From a virus: a stretch of 64,000 nucleotides of DNA. Both the position numbers and the translations under genes were made by a program. Below, in pieces: positions 18,906 to 27,279 of the stretch. The stretch's first letter is position 1. Every line of letters begins with the position of its first letter. The stretch spans positions 73,845 to 137,844 of the IMG/VR virus record IMGVR_UViG_3300045988_170206; one strand, 5' to 3'. The notes below the pieces were generated by a model, which was given only the letters and a program-made list of their open reading frames with translations, was not told the DNA's origin and ran no database searches.

Positions 18906-20720
18906 ATGAACGACTACAACGACATTGAAGACCTCGACGAGACGACGGAAGACACCATCGTCCTGAACCTTGATGACGACATTGACGACCTTGACGAAGC
19001 CGACCTCGAGACCCCAGACGAGGATGAGGACGACTACGACGAATACGAGGACGACGAAGATGACGATGATGAAGACGAGGACGACGTAACCTCAGCTCCC
19101 GTCACCACCTTCGCGCTCACCCCACTACGAGACGAGGCCGACAAGGCCGACGAGGATGCTGCGGACGACAGCGACGAAGCGCCCGAGGATGATACGGACC
19201 TCAACGAGGGCGCTGACGACGAAACCAGCACCGACACCGAGGGCACTCCCTTCCGCATCGACATCGACACGGACAACCTCGACAGTGCGGCAGTCGAAGC
19301 GATCAGTAGCGTCAACGACGTTGTGACCGTCAAGAGCGACGCATACTCTGTCCGCTACACGCACATCAGCCCTCACCAGGTCGTCGGCACCAAGCCCGTC
19401 AAGGACTACCGCGCCGACACCTACAGCGGACTCTTCAACGTGATCCGCGAAATGGGGGTTATCGTCCCCGTCGTCGTCACGCCGCTCGCTGAGTACGCCG
19501 ACTTCCTCGCCGCCAACAACATCACCACAGGCGCAGAAGCCGACGAGCTCGGCTACGCGGGCCCACGCTACCGAGTCCTCGACGGGTGGCGACGAATCTT
19601 CGCGTCCCTCAAGAACCATCATGACGAGATCCCCGCCGCCGTCGTCACCTTCCACGACCCCGAGGTTGGGCGCGACCTATCCAACCTCATGCACCTCGTC
19701 CTCAACCGCACCCAGGAGCACACGTGGCCCGAGAAGTGGGCGATGCAGCAAGTGTTGGAAGAGTCTTACTCTCTCACCCCATCCATGCTCGACTGGCTCC
19801 TCCTCATCGAGCCGGGCGACTCCATGCGCCTCAAGGAAGTCATGCTCGCCGAGTACCCCGAAGTGACTGAGGGCTTCCTGTCGGGCAAGAAAGACCTCAC
19901 ACGGTCCTACAAGGCCCTCGAAAAGCTCCGCAAGGCAGAAGCGAACCCAACGGCAGGCGACGACGACCGGAAGATCTCCAGCGTTGACGAAGCCGGCGAC
20001 CTCGCAGCCGCCGACACGGAAGATGCCCCCCTTACCGACGAGGAAGTCAAGAACCTCCTCGAAATGGGCGACGAACTCCGCGAAGTCCGCGACCTCCTCA
20101 ACAAGGAAGCCGACACCGACGACGCAGACATCGACGATGAGAACTACGGCGGCGACCCCATCCCCGAAAACGCAGCCGAACAGGTCGGCTTCGAGGGCGG
20201 CGACGACGACGAGGACATGTTCGGCGAAGTCGATGAGAACACCGTCCAGGACACGAAGGACCGAAAGCCCCTCTCCAAGGAGCTACGCACGGCGATCCTC
20301 GCGCGCGACGAGTTCACCTGCCAGGCCTGCGGCTACGGCAAGGGCATCACGTCCATGGTTCACCTCGGACAGCTCGAAGCCCACCACAAGACCAGCGTCT
20401 ACGTGGGCGGCTCTGACGCGATGAGCAACTTCGTGACGCTCTGCCAGCGCTGCCACGGCCTCGTGCACATCCTCGCTGGCTTCAACGCCAAGATCGGCAT
20501 GACCAAGGAAGAGTTCGAGAACGTCCCCGACAACGATCAGACGATGTTCCGCGTCTGCATCAAGCTCGCAAAGGTCATCCTTAAGGCTGAGGAGGAGACC
20601 GGCAAGGCGCTCAGGAAGTACAAGCCTGTGCGCAACCCGTTCTGGGAGCAGCAGAAGCAGGCGCAAGAAGTCGTCAAAACCCTAAAGGGTGAGGAAGCAT
20701 TGGAGGATACAGCGCAATGA
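18906..20720 (+). CDS. ParB/Srx-like N-terminal domain plus HNH endonuclease fusion with poly-acidic N-terminal and internal tracts
   Basis: YRVLDGWRRIFASLK is a ParB-type DGxRR motif. C-terminal CQACGYG...LEAHHKTSVYVGGSDAMSNFVTLCQRCHGLVH is an HNH motif. The first ~100 aa are D/E-rich. Confidence 0.85.
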   Translation: MNDYNDIEDLDETTEDTIVLNLDDDIDDLDEADLETPDEDEDDYDEYEDDEDDDDEDEDDVTSAPVTTFALTPLRDEADKADEDAADDSDEAPEDDTDLNEGADDETSTDTEGTPFRIDIDTDNLDSAAVEAISSVNDVVTVKSDAYSVRYTHISPHQVVGTKPVKDYRADTYSGLFNVIREMGVIVPVVVTPLAEYADFLAANNITTGAEADELGYAGPRYRVLDGWRRIFASLKNHHDEIPAAVVTFHDPEVGRDLSNLMHLVLNRTQEHTWPEKWAMQQVLEESYSLTPSMLDWLLLIEPGDSMRLKEVMLAEYPEVTEGFLSGKKDLTRSYKALEKLRKAEANPTAGDDDRKISSVDEAGDLAAADTEDAPLTDEEVKNLLEMGDELREVRDLLNKEADTDDADIDDENYGGDPIPENAAEQVGFEGGDDDEDMFGEVDENTVQDTKDRKPLSKELRTAILARDEFTCQACGYGKGITSMVHLGQLEAHHKTSVYVGGSDAMSNFVTLCQRCHGLVHILAGFNAKIGMTKEEFENVPDNDQTMFRVCIKLAKVILKAEEETGKALRKYKPVRNPFWEQQKQAQEVVKTLKGEEALEDTAQ

Positions 20721-21880
20721 CAACATGGGTTTACTTCCAGAGGCCAGGTTTTGCTCTCTACCAGGAGGACGGTGGCGTGCTCACGTCCACCGCACAGACC
20801 GTCAAGCGCGCCCAAGCCCTGCGTGACATGGCGACGCGACGCGCGCCCAACCTGCAAGCCGCACCCTACAACCCGGCAGGCTACGAGTACTGCGCCTACG
20901 ATGGGCAACGAGTCGTTAGCCTGTTCTCCCGAGACGGCCTCACCATCACCCCCGGCACCGTCGTCAAGACAGACCAGGGCAACAAGACCCTCGCGCAGGT
21001 TCTCGCCGACTACGAGATCACCGACCAGGGTATCGACCCCAAGGCCGCGGCGTGGGACATCCAAGCCCTCCGTGAGGCCGTTCGATACGCCAATGCCTAC
21101 ATGCTCACCCGCATCGACCCCCAAGACGATGGTCCCTTCAAGCCGGCCGGATTCACACGGCCAATCTACTGGGCTCTCACGCGCCCCGAAACTGACACCG
21201 AGTGCATCCTGCGCACGTGTTGCTATACGCAAGGAACCCCCCAGGCCCACAAGCCCACCCTCGAGGCCCGCATCGGCAACTCCGGCTACTTCCTCGTCTC
21301 CCTCCCCAAGGACTGCATCCCCCTGTTCGACGGAACAGGAGCGACCCCTACGCAGGAAATGCTACGAGCGCTCGCCCGAGCGGTAGACGACGCAGCCGCC
21401 AACCCCTTCTGCCTCGAACGAGACATTAAGGGCGTAGCCTATGCCCTTACCCGCGGCGGCGAACGTCTTGAGTTCTGCCTCGAAAACGTCGGCTCCTTTA
21501 CCTACACGGGCGACGACTTCGTAGCACACGAGAGTCATGGCGACCCTGCATACACCATGGGCCGCTCCATGCTCGTCAAGGGAGCACTCAAGAACTACGG
21601 TGGGGGGTGCTTCGCCGGCGTGTATGAGATCATCGACACTCTCGTTCGACAGAGAGGCGACCGCTCCGACCGTCCCTTACTGTCCGTTGACAGGTATCGA
21701 GCTGCGCGAAACGGCAAGTGGGACGTGTACGCCGATGCGCGCACCCCCTACGTGCCGTCACGCAGCACGCACCCCGAAACTCGACGCAACGAGCCGTACA
21801 GCACCTACGACCGCTACGTCATGCACTACAGGAACCTCATCAAAGCCGACGCAGTAAACGTGACCCCACGAGCAGACTAG
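20717..21880 (+). CDS. hypothetical protein
   Basis: 387-aa ORF with an ATGA overlap to the upstream gene. Confidence 0.8.
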   Translation: MTTWVYFQRPGFALYQEDGGVLTSTAQTVKRAQALRDMATRRAPNLQAAPYNPAGYEYCAYDGQRVVSLFSRDGLTITPGTVVKTDQGNKTLAQVLADYEITDQGIDPKAAAWDIQALREAVRYANAYMLTRIDPQDDGPFKPAGFTRPIYWALTRPETDTECILRTCCYTQGTPQAHKPTLEARIGNSGYFLVSLPKDCIPLFDGTGATPTQEMLRALARAVDDAAANPFCLERDIKGVAYALTRGGERLEFCLENVGSFTYTGDDFVAHESHGDPAYTMGRSMLVKGALKNYGGGCFAGVYEIIDTLVRQRGDRSDRPLLSVDRYRAARNGKWDVYADARTPYVPSRSTHPETRRNEPYSTYDRYVMHYRNLIKADAVNVTPRAD

Positions 21881-21888
21881 GCCAGCAT

Positions 21889-22554
21889 ATGAACATGCCC
21901 CGTAGTGCCATTGCGCGACGTAACGCCCGCCAGGCGCACACCCATGAGGCGCGCAGCCGTCTCGAATGGGCGGCAGAAGTCCGCGCCATCCTCGAAGCCG
22001 CCGCCACTACCTTCGACGAGACCGTGGTCCAGCAACAGATCACGGTCCCAGCGAACCGCACGCGCGGCCCAGTGCAAGCACGAGGCATCCTGGACATGTG
22101 CCAGGCCCTCAGCATCGTAGGCATGGCTACCAGCACTCCAACCGGCGATATCATCCTCACCCTCGCCGGCCACGCCGACCGAATGCAAGCAGCACTCCAC
22201 CTCGCCCACAGCTACCTCGAGGCCGAACACCTACACCTCAGCCGAGCACACACCGACCGCCCCGGCGTAACCCTCAGCCCCGCCAAGGCGCGCCAAAAAA
22301 CCTACGGGATACTCCTGAGTGCAGCAGCCGAAGCCTCCACCATCATCCGCACAACCCGCCCCTTCAACGTGCCACTCGACCGGGAGGATGTTGAAGCGGC
22401 GCACGCAGTCCTCAGTCAGGGGTGGGTCGGATCAGCCTACCGAGAGCAGCCCCTCCTAGCTGCCGAAGAAGGGTGTCGCGAGTATGAGAGAATCTATCTC
22501 TCGGTTAGTCAAAAACCCCTCGTCAAGTCGTACAGAAAGAACAGCCCGCGATGA
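21889..22554 (+). CDS. hypothetical protein
   Basis: Internal ATG at 21889, directly after the upstream stop. Confidence 0.65.
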   Translation: MNMPRSAIARRNARQAHTHEARSRLEWAAEVRAILEAAATTFDETVVQQQITVPANRTRGPVQARGILDMCQALSIVGMATSTPTGDIILTLAGHADRMQAALHLAHSYLEAEHLHLSRAHTDRPGVTLSPAKARQKTYGILLSAAAEASTIIRTTRPFNVPLDREDVEAAHAVLSQGWVGSAYREQPLLAAEEGCREYERIYLSVSQKPLVKSYRKNSPR

Positions 22555-23885
22555 ACCCACTCCGCACGCCCCGTCACCTCCATCGAGCGTGGCGGGGCTC
22601 CGTCGCCCTCACCTTCCTCCTTGCCCTCGTTCTCACGTTCTTCGCACACCCCGCTAAGGCGTTCACCGAAGACCAGGGACACAACCTCAAGGCCAAGCCC
22701 TCCACCTGGTGCCAGTGGTGCGCCGACAGTGACTTCGGGTACGACCCAAACGAAGAGCGCGGCATGATTACCAACGCCGGAGCAACCATGGGCGAGGCGG
22801 CGTGCGGTAACTTCTCCTTCGCATTCATGGAACTTCGCGCGGGAGTTAAAGCCCGCGGCTCCTACACCGTCAACGACATGCGCGCCGAAGCCATCAAACT
22901 GATGCAGGCAGGCAAAGATAGCCCATTCAGCGATGACGGTTGGCTCTACCAGCTCAATCCCGAAGGCTTCGCCCAGGGAGTCTCCAACATGACCGGCGGA
23001 CAGCTCACCGTCGAAGTCCAAGGCGACACCAGCGGAGCGGGACTGGGAGCCAACAAGTTCACCGAAGACGACGTGCGCCAAGCCATGAACGACGGCTACT
23101 TCGTCATCTTCATGGTCCAAACCGACACCGGCGGACGACACTGGATCGCCGGCGACTACGTGGAAGGCAACACCGTCCACACCATAGACTCAGGACGACC
23201 CCTCACCACCCTCGACCGCTCCCAATACCCCGGCGGTATCGGCCCAATCCTCAAGTTCTCCCGCACCGACGGCAAGAAACTCCAAGACCTCCCCACCATC
23301 GACGACGCAGCCACCAGCGTCGGCGGCAACAACAGCGGTGACACCGCCACCGCAACCGACACCGGCATCATCAGCGACCTCGACCTACCCGGTATGCCAC
23401 CTCGCACCGTCGGACAAAACCACCAGCTCTCCGAAGCCGACAAGCTCGCCTTCGCGAAAGACACCCTCAAGTTCGCTAACTACACGAACCTGAACACTAC
23501 ACAGAAAGACAACGTTGACCAGATCGTCGCACAGCGACAGCTCGAACAAGACCGCAAAGTATCGGACTGGTTCAGCACCGGCGCAGCCGTCATCGGCATC
23601 ATCCTGTTCCTGTACGCCCTCGTCATCGTCCTCGCATTCCTGTTCGACCTCGCCTTCCCACTGTTCTCTCTCCTCAAGATCGCGACAGCCGGCTCCCTGA
23701 CTGTGCATCACGAGTCGCAAAGCCGTGCGGGCGTGAAAGAGCTGGGAGCTCCACCTCGAGGCCGTTGGGCGACATGGGGGAATGTGTTTGTGACTGCCGG
23801 GCTGGTCGCAGCGTTGGGTGGTTTGCTCATCAGCGGGACGCTGGTTAGGTGGGTTGCGTTGTTCGTGCAGATGCTCTACATGTGA
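22551..23885 (+). CDS. secreted papain-like cysteine-peptidase-like protein with a C-terminal membrane module
   Basis: Signal peptide ...HPAKA|FT. Candidate Cys (EAACGNFSFAF) and His (GGRHWIAGDY) catalytic residues. The C-terminus WFSTGAAVIGIILFLYALVIVLAFLFDLAFPLFSLLK parallels that of 16002..17195. Confidence 0.65.
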   Translation: MNPLRTPRHLHRAWRGSVALTFLLALVLTFFAHPAKAFTEDQGHNLKAKPSTWCQWCADSDFGYDPNEERGMITNAGATMGEAACGNFSFAFMELRAGVKARGSYTVNDMRAEAIKLMQAGKDSPFSDDGWLYQLNPEGFAQGVSNMTGGQLTVEVQGDTSGAGLGANKFTEDDVRQAMNDGYFVIFMVQTDTGGRHWIAGDYVEGNTVHTIDSGRPLTTLDRSQYPGGIGPILKFSRTDGKKLQDLPTIDDAATSVGGNNSGDTATATDTGIISDLDLPGMPPRTVGQNHQLSEADKLAFAKDTLKFANYTNLNTTQKDNVDQIVAQRQLEQDRKVSDWFSTGAAVIGIILFLYALVIVLAFLFDLAFPLFSLLKIATAGSLTVHHESQSRAGVKELGAPPRGRWATWGNVFVTAGLVAALGGLLISGTLVRWVALFVQMLYM

Positions 23886-23908
23886 CAGGTGAGCATAACC
23901 CCTGCATA

Positions 23909-23927
23909 CCTGTGATCTAGTTAACCA
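23909..23927 (+). promoter_or_regulatory. conserved intergenic motif CCTGTGATCTAsTTAACC (copy A)
   Basis: CCTGTGATCTAGTTAACCA. Followed by the hairpin CCGGGTTG/CAACCCGG at 23932-23958. Lies upstream of the tRNA-Ser/TROVE unit. Confidence 0.55.
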
Positions 23928-24034
23928 GTTTCCGGGTTGCGCACACAAAACAACCCGGCCTACACTAAACCCATCACAAACAACACATAATTTAAGAGCG
24001 TCCCCTGAACCGCCCTGGATCAGGGGAGCACCCC

Positions 24035-24125
24035 GGAAAGGTGCCCGAGTGGCTGAAGGGGCCTCCCTGCTAAGGAGGTAAACAGAGGAATCTGTTTCGC
24101 GGGTTCGAATCCCGCTCTTTCCGCA
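24035..24125 (+). tRNA. tRNA-Ser (anticodon GCT), type II
   Basis: Hand fold: acceptor GGAAAGG/TCTTTCC, anticodon arm CCTCC-CTGCTAA-GGAGG, long variable arm (AACAG/CTGTT), T arm GCGGG-TTCGAAT-CCCGC. Confidence 0.9.
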
Positions 24126-24202
24126 GGACGCGAGAAGCGCCTGAGACGAGTTACTTCATTTGGATCGAAACTACACTCGACTCAACTTTTTCTCTCGCGT
24201 CC
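24126..24202 (+). ncRNA. candidate structured RNA element A (long imperfect hairpin between tRNA-Ser and the TROVE gene)
   Basis: GGACGCGAGA (24126-24135) pairs with TCTCGCGTCC (24193-24202). An inner stem GAGACGAGT/ACTCGACTC is present. The apical sequence GAGTTACTTCATTTGGATCGAAACTACAC resembles that of element B at 26341-26443. Confidence 0.35.
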
Positions 24203-24248
24203 CCCACTTTTGCCCAAAACACAACCAGAACCCAGAAAGGAGAGCGTC

Positions 24249-25820
24249 ATGGCGCGCATGAATACCCGAGGCGCGAAGCCTCGCAACATGGCTACCACTC
24301 CCGTCAGTACGACGACGGGACAGGCCTTCACCGCAGAAGGTGGAATGGGGTGGCAGCGCACCCCCAAGGGCGAGCTGTTCCTCGCCGCCGTGACCTCCCT
24401 CAACGAGGACACCTTCTACGAGACCGCCGATGAGCGCGTCAACCGTATCCAGACCCTCACCACGGACCCCGAGATCATCAACAGCCCCGAGTGGGCGCTC
24501 GGCATGGTCCGCTGGCTCCGCCAGGAAGTCGGACTCCGCTCGATCCCCGGTGTTGTCGCCATGACCGTCGTTAAGGCACGCCTGGACGCTGGCCTGACCG
24601 GCACGAACCGTCAGATTATCGAAGCGGCCATCGGTCGCCTCGACGAGGCCTCCGACATGATCGCCGGGTGGATGAGCCTGTACGGGCGTAACATCCCATC
24701 CTGCGTGCGCCGTGGCGTTGCCGACGCTCTGCGCGCCCGACTGTCCGAGCGTTCCTACCTCAAGTGGGTTGGCCGCATGAACTCGGGTAGCGTCACGCTC
24801 CGCGATGTCATCAACCTGACGCACCCCAAGCCGAAGGGTAAGACGCAGGAAGCGCTCATCAAACTCGTGCTCGACGAGGGCTACGGCAAGAAGGGCGACG
24901 ACAAGCAACTACCCACCATCCGAGCACGCCGTCAGTTCCTCGCCATGGACCGTGACGCGCAGATTAGCGCCCTCACCGGCCCGGACGCGAAGGATGTCAT
25001 CCGTAAGGCTGCTCTCACCCACGAGGTGATCGCAGGCGCAATCGGGACGATCCCCGCCGACGTGTGGGAAACCCTCGTCCCCGAGATGGGTTACATGGCC
25101 CTGCGAATGAACCTCCGACGCATCGAAGCATCCGGCGCGTCTCGCGCGCTGATCGCCACGATCAACGAGCGCCTGAGCGACGTGGAAGAGGCTGCGAAGT
25201 CTCGCACCATGCCGGTCGCGTTCTACGCAGCGTACAAGAACGCGCCGCTGGCCTTCGCCGCCGCCCTACAGGACGCAGCGAACGCTTCGCTCGAGAACGT
25301 TCCCGCGCTCAAGGGGCGCACGCTGGTCCTCCTGGACCGCTCCGGCTCGATGAGCTACCCCATGTCGGCGAAGTCGTCGCTGAGCTGCCAGGACACGGCC
25401 AACGTGTTCGCGTCGGCGCTCGCTATTCGAGGCGAGAGCGTCCGAGTGGTTGCGTTCGACGATCACATGGAGGACGTGAAGGTCGCCAGCACGGACCTGC
25501 TCCGTGTCGTGGACCAGATGCCCACCGCTCGAGGCTGCACCTACACGCCGGATGCTGTCGCTTACGCCCACAAGAAGGGCGAGAAGTACGACCGCATCAT
25601 CATCCTCACGGATGAGCAGTACAGGGGCGGCAGCGTCGATAACGCGCTCGACACGTATGCTCCCAGGGTTCCGGTGTTCACCTGGAACTTGGCGGGCTAT
25701 GCGACAGCGCAGATGGAGGCCCGAGAGGGCCGCTGGACCTTCGGCGGACTCTCCGACAAGGGCTTCCAGATGATCCCGCTCCTCGAGCGCGGGATCGGCC
25801 AGTCCTGGCCCTGGGAGTAA
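24249..25820 (+). CDS. Ro60-like TROVE domain plus vWA domain protein (Rsr-like)
   Basis: Start at the ATG at 24249 with an AAAGGAG RBS. TROVE-like N-terminal part (NEDTFYE..., MGYMALRMNLRRI, MPVAFYAAYK). vWA MIDAS-like segment LVLLDRSGSM...IIILTDEQ. Confidence 0.85.
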   Translation: MARMNTRGAKPRNMATTPVSTTTGQAFTAEGGMGWQRTPKGELFLAAVTSLNEDTFYETADERVNRIQTLTTDPEIINSPEWALGMVRWLRQEVGLRSIPGVVAMTVVKARLDAGLTGTNRQIIEAAIGRLDEASDMIAGWMSLYGRNIPSCVRRGVADALRARLSERSYLKWVGRMNSGSVTLRDVINLTHPKPKGKTQEALIKLVLDEGYGKKGDDKQLPTIRARRQFLAMDRDAQISALTGPDAKDVIRKAALTHEVIAGAIGTIPADVWETLVPEMGYMALRMNLRRIEASGASRALIATINERLSDVEEAAKSRTMPVAFYAAYKNAPLAFAAALQDAANASLENVPALKGRTLVLLDRSGSMSYPMSAKSSLSCQDTANVFASALAIRGESVRVVAFDDHMEDVKVASTDLLRVVDQMPTARGCTYTPDAVAYAHKKGEKYDRIIILTDEQYRGGSVDNALDTYAPRVPVFTWNLAGYATAQMEAREGRWTFGGLSDKGFQMIPLLERGIGQSWPWE

Positions 25821-25875
25821 CCACCCACTAGGGGCCTCGCCCAACACTCCCACCACAGGGCGAGGCCCCACCAAC

Positions 25876-25949
25876 GCCCCTATAGCTCAGTTGGTTAGAG
25901 CTGCGGACTTTTAATCCGAGGGTCGCAGGTTCGAGTCCTGCTGGGGGCA
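25876..25949 (+). tRNA. tRNA-Lys (TTT)
   Basis: Acceptor GCCCCTA/TGGGGGC, anticodon arm GCGGA-CTTTTAA-TCCGA, T arm GCAGG-TTCGAGT-CCTGC. Confidence 0.9.
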
Positions 25950-25969
25950 CTCAGTGAAAAACTGAACAT

Positions 25970-26057
25970 GGCGGGGTGCCGGAGTGGACTAACGGAGCTG
26001 TCTTGAAAACAGTCGCACCGACAGGTGCCCAGGGTTCGAATCCCTGTCCCGCCGCCA
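25970..26057 (+). tRNA. tRNA-Ser (TGA), type II, CCA encoded
   Basis: Acceptor GGCGGGG/TCCCGCC, anticodon arm GCTGT-CTTGAAA-ACAGT, long variable arm, T arm CAGGG-TTCGAAT-CCCTG, 3' GCCA. Confidence 0.9.
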
Positions 26058-26068
26058 ACTGAATACAT

Positions 26069-26140
26069 GGTCCTATGGGGTAGCGGTCAGCCCGCCAGAT
26101 TTTCACTCTGGAGACCCGAGTTCGACTCTCGGTAGGACTA
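26069..26140 (+). tRNA. tRNA-Glu (TTC)
   Basis: Acceptor GGTCCTA/TAGGACT, anticodon arm CCAGA-TTTTCAC-TCTGG, T arm CCGAG-TTCGACT-CTCGG. Confidence 0.85.
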
Positions 26141-26146
26141 CTCCGA

Positions 26147-26219
26147 TCCGGTGTAGCTCAACGGACAGAGCGGGGGACTTCTAATCCCAAGGTTGCAGGT
26201 TCGAGCCCTGTCACCGGAA
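26147..26219 (+). tRNA. tRNA-Arg (TCT)
   Basis: Acceptor TCCGGTG/CACCGGA, anticodon loop CTTCTAA, T arm GCAGG-TTCGAGC-CCTGT. Confidence 0.85.
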
Positions 26220-26244
26220 CTCCAACAACTAAATAACCCACTGA

Positions 26245-26335
26245 GGGTCGTTGGCTGAGCGGCGAAAGCATCCGGCTGTAAACCGGACACAGGGTAGCCA
26301 GTCCCACACCGCAGGTTCGAGTCCTGCACGGCCCA
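26245..26335 (+). tRNA. tRNA-Tyr (GTA), type II
   Basis: Acceptor GGGTCGT/ACGGCCC, anticodon arm TCCGG-CTGTAAA-CCGGA, long variable arm, T arm GCAGG-TTCGAGT-CCTGC. Confidence 0.85.
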
Positions 26336-26340
26336 CTGGT

Positions 26341-26443
26341 GGAGTGAAGACGCGAATGTGTGAGTTACTTCTTTGCATAGAAAACACATCCTGGGCGTAG
26401 ACCCAGGGCCCCATTTGCTCGCGCAGCCTTTCAGCTTCACTCC
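26341..26443 (+). ncRNA. candidate structured RNA element B (non-tRNA spacer inside the tRNA array)
   Basis: The closing stem GGAGTGAAG (26341-26349) pairs with CTTCACTCC (26435-26443). Internal hairpins ATGTG...CACAT and CCTGGG-CGTAGA-CCCAGG. Shares GACGCGA, GAGTTACTTC, TTTG.AT.GAAA..ACAC and CTCGCG with element A, in the same order. Confidence 0.35.
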
Positions 26444-26452
26444 GCCCCTCCA

Positions 26453-26523
26453 TCTCGGATGGTGTAACGGCAGCACACCGGATTTTGGTTCCGGGCATCT
26501 AGGTTCGAATCCTAGTCCGAGAG
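26453..26523 (+). tRNA. tRNA-Gln (TTG)
   Basis: Acceptor TCTCGGA/TCCGAGA (U1-A72, as in many bacterial tRNA-Gln), anticodon arm CCGGA-TTTTGGT-TCCGG, T loop TTCGAAT. Confidence 0.8.
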
Positions 26524-26598
26524 CGAACTGCGGGCGTGTCCCTGTCGAGAAGATAGTGACGCGCCCGCAGGTTTACCCAGATCGAAAGGAAAACCACC

Positions 26599-27279
26599 GT
26601 GACTATTGGTGAGCGTAAGGCCGCAGCCAACAAGCGCCGACGCGCATTCCACATCTACACGATGAGCGCCTTGACCGCCCTCTGCGTGGGCGTATTCGCA
26701 GCTCTCGCGTTCGTGGGCCTGATCGGCCCCTCCCAGTGGGCTATCAGCCGACAGGAAACCACCCTCGGGAAGGTCTTCACCGGCTGGCTGACGACCGTCA
26801 ACATGCCCGCCGCAGGGTGGGGGAGTGAGACCGTGTTCGTCTCCTCCTACACGGGCGATACCGCCCACCTGACCACAGGGGAGATGGCCCCCGTCTCGGA
26901 CCTGACCCTCACGGCACCGCTCTCGGCGACAGCTGAGCACGCCGTCTTCATGAATACCCTCACCGCAGCGCTCCTCGCTGCACTCCTGCTCCTTGTGGCC
27001 GTTGCTATGTGGCCGTCCTACGTCACCGACCCTGCGCAGCTCGAAACAAACCTGACGGGAGCGTTCGAGTGGCCCACTCCCGCGACGAGCGAGAAGCAGC
27101 GCCAGAAGGCCCGCGAGCGTCGCCAGCAGCGACTAGAAGAGTTCGCCGCAGCCCGCGAAGAAGCCGATGACCTCGACGCTGAACACCAGACCGACACAAC
27201 CCAGAACGACGCGCAGGAACACTCCGCAGGCACCGAGTTTCTAGCCGCCCGCCTCATGGAAGGAACCCGCCATGAGTGA
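26599..27279 (+). CDS. predicted membrane protein with a charged C-terminal tail
   Basis: GTG start with a GAAAGGAAAACC RBS. Two TM helices. Confidence 0.7.
   Translation: MTIGERKAAANKRRRAFHIYTMSALTALCVGVFAALAFVGLIGPSQWAISRQETTLGKVFTGWLTTVNMPAAGWGSETVFVSSYTGDTAHLTTGEMAPVSDLTLTAPLSATAEHAVFMNTLTAALLAALLLLVAVAMWPSYVTDPAQLETNLTGAFEWPTPATSEKQRQKARERRQQRLEEFAAAREEADDLDAEHQTDTTQNDAQEHSAGTEFLAARLMEGTRHE

Noticed and set aside
18930-19110. GAC/GAG/GAT-rich repetitive DNA.
   Set aside because: It is simply the coding sequence of the poly-Asp/Glu N-terminus of the ParB-HNH protein, not a non-coding repeat.
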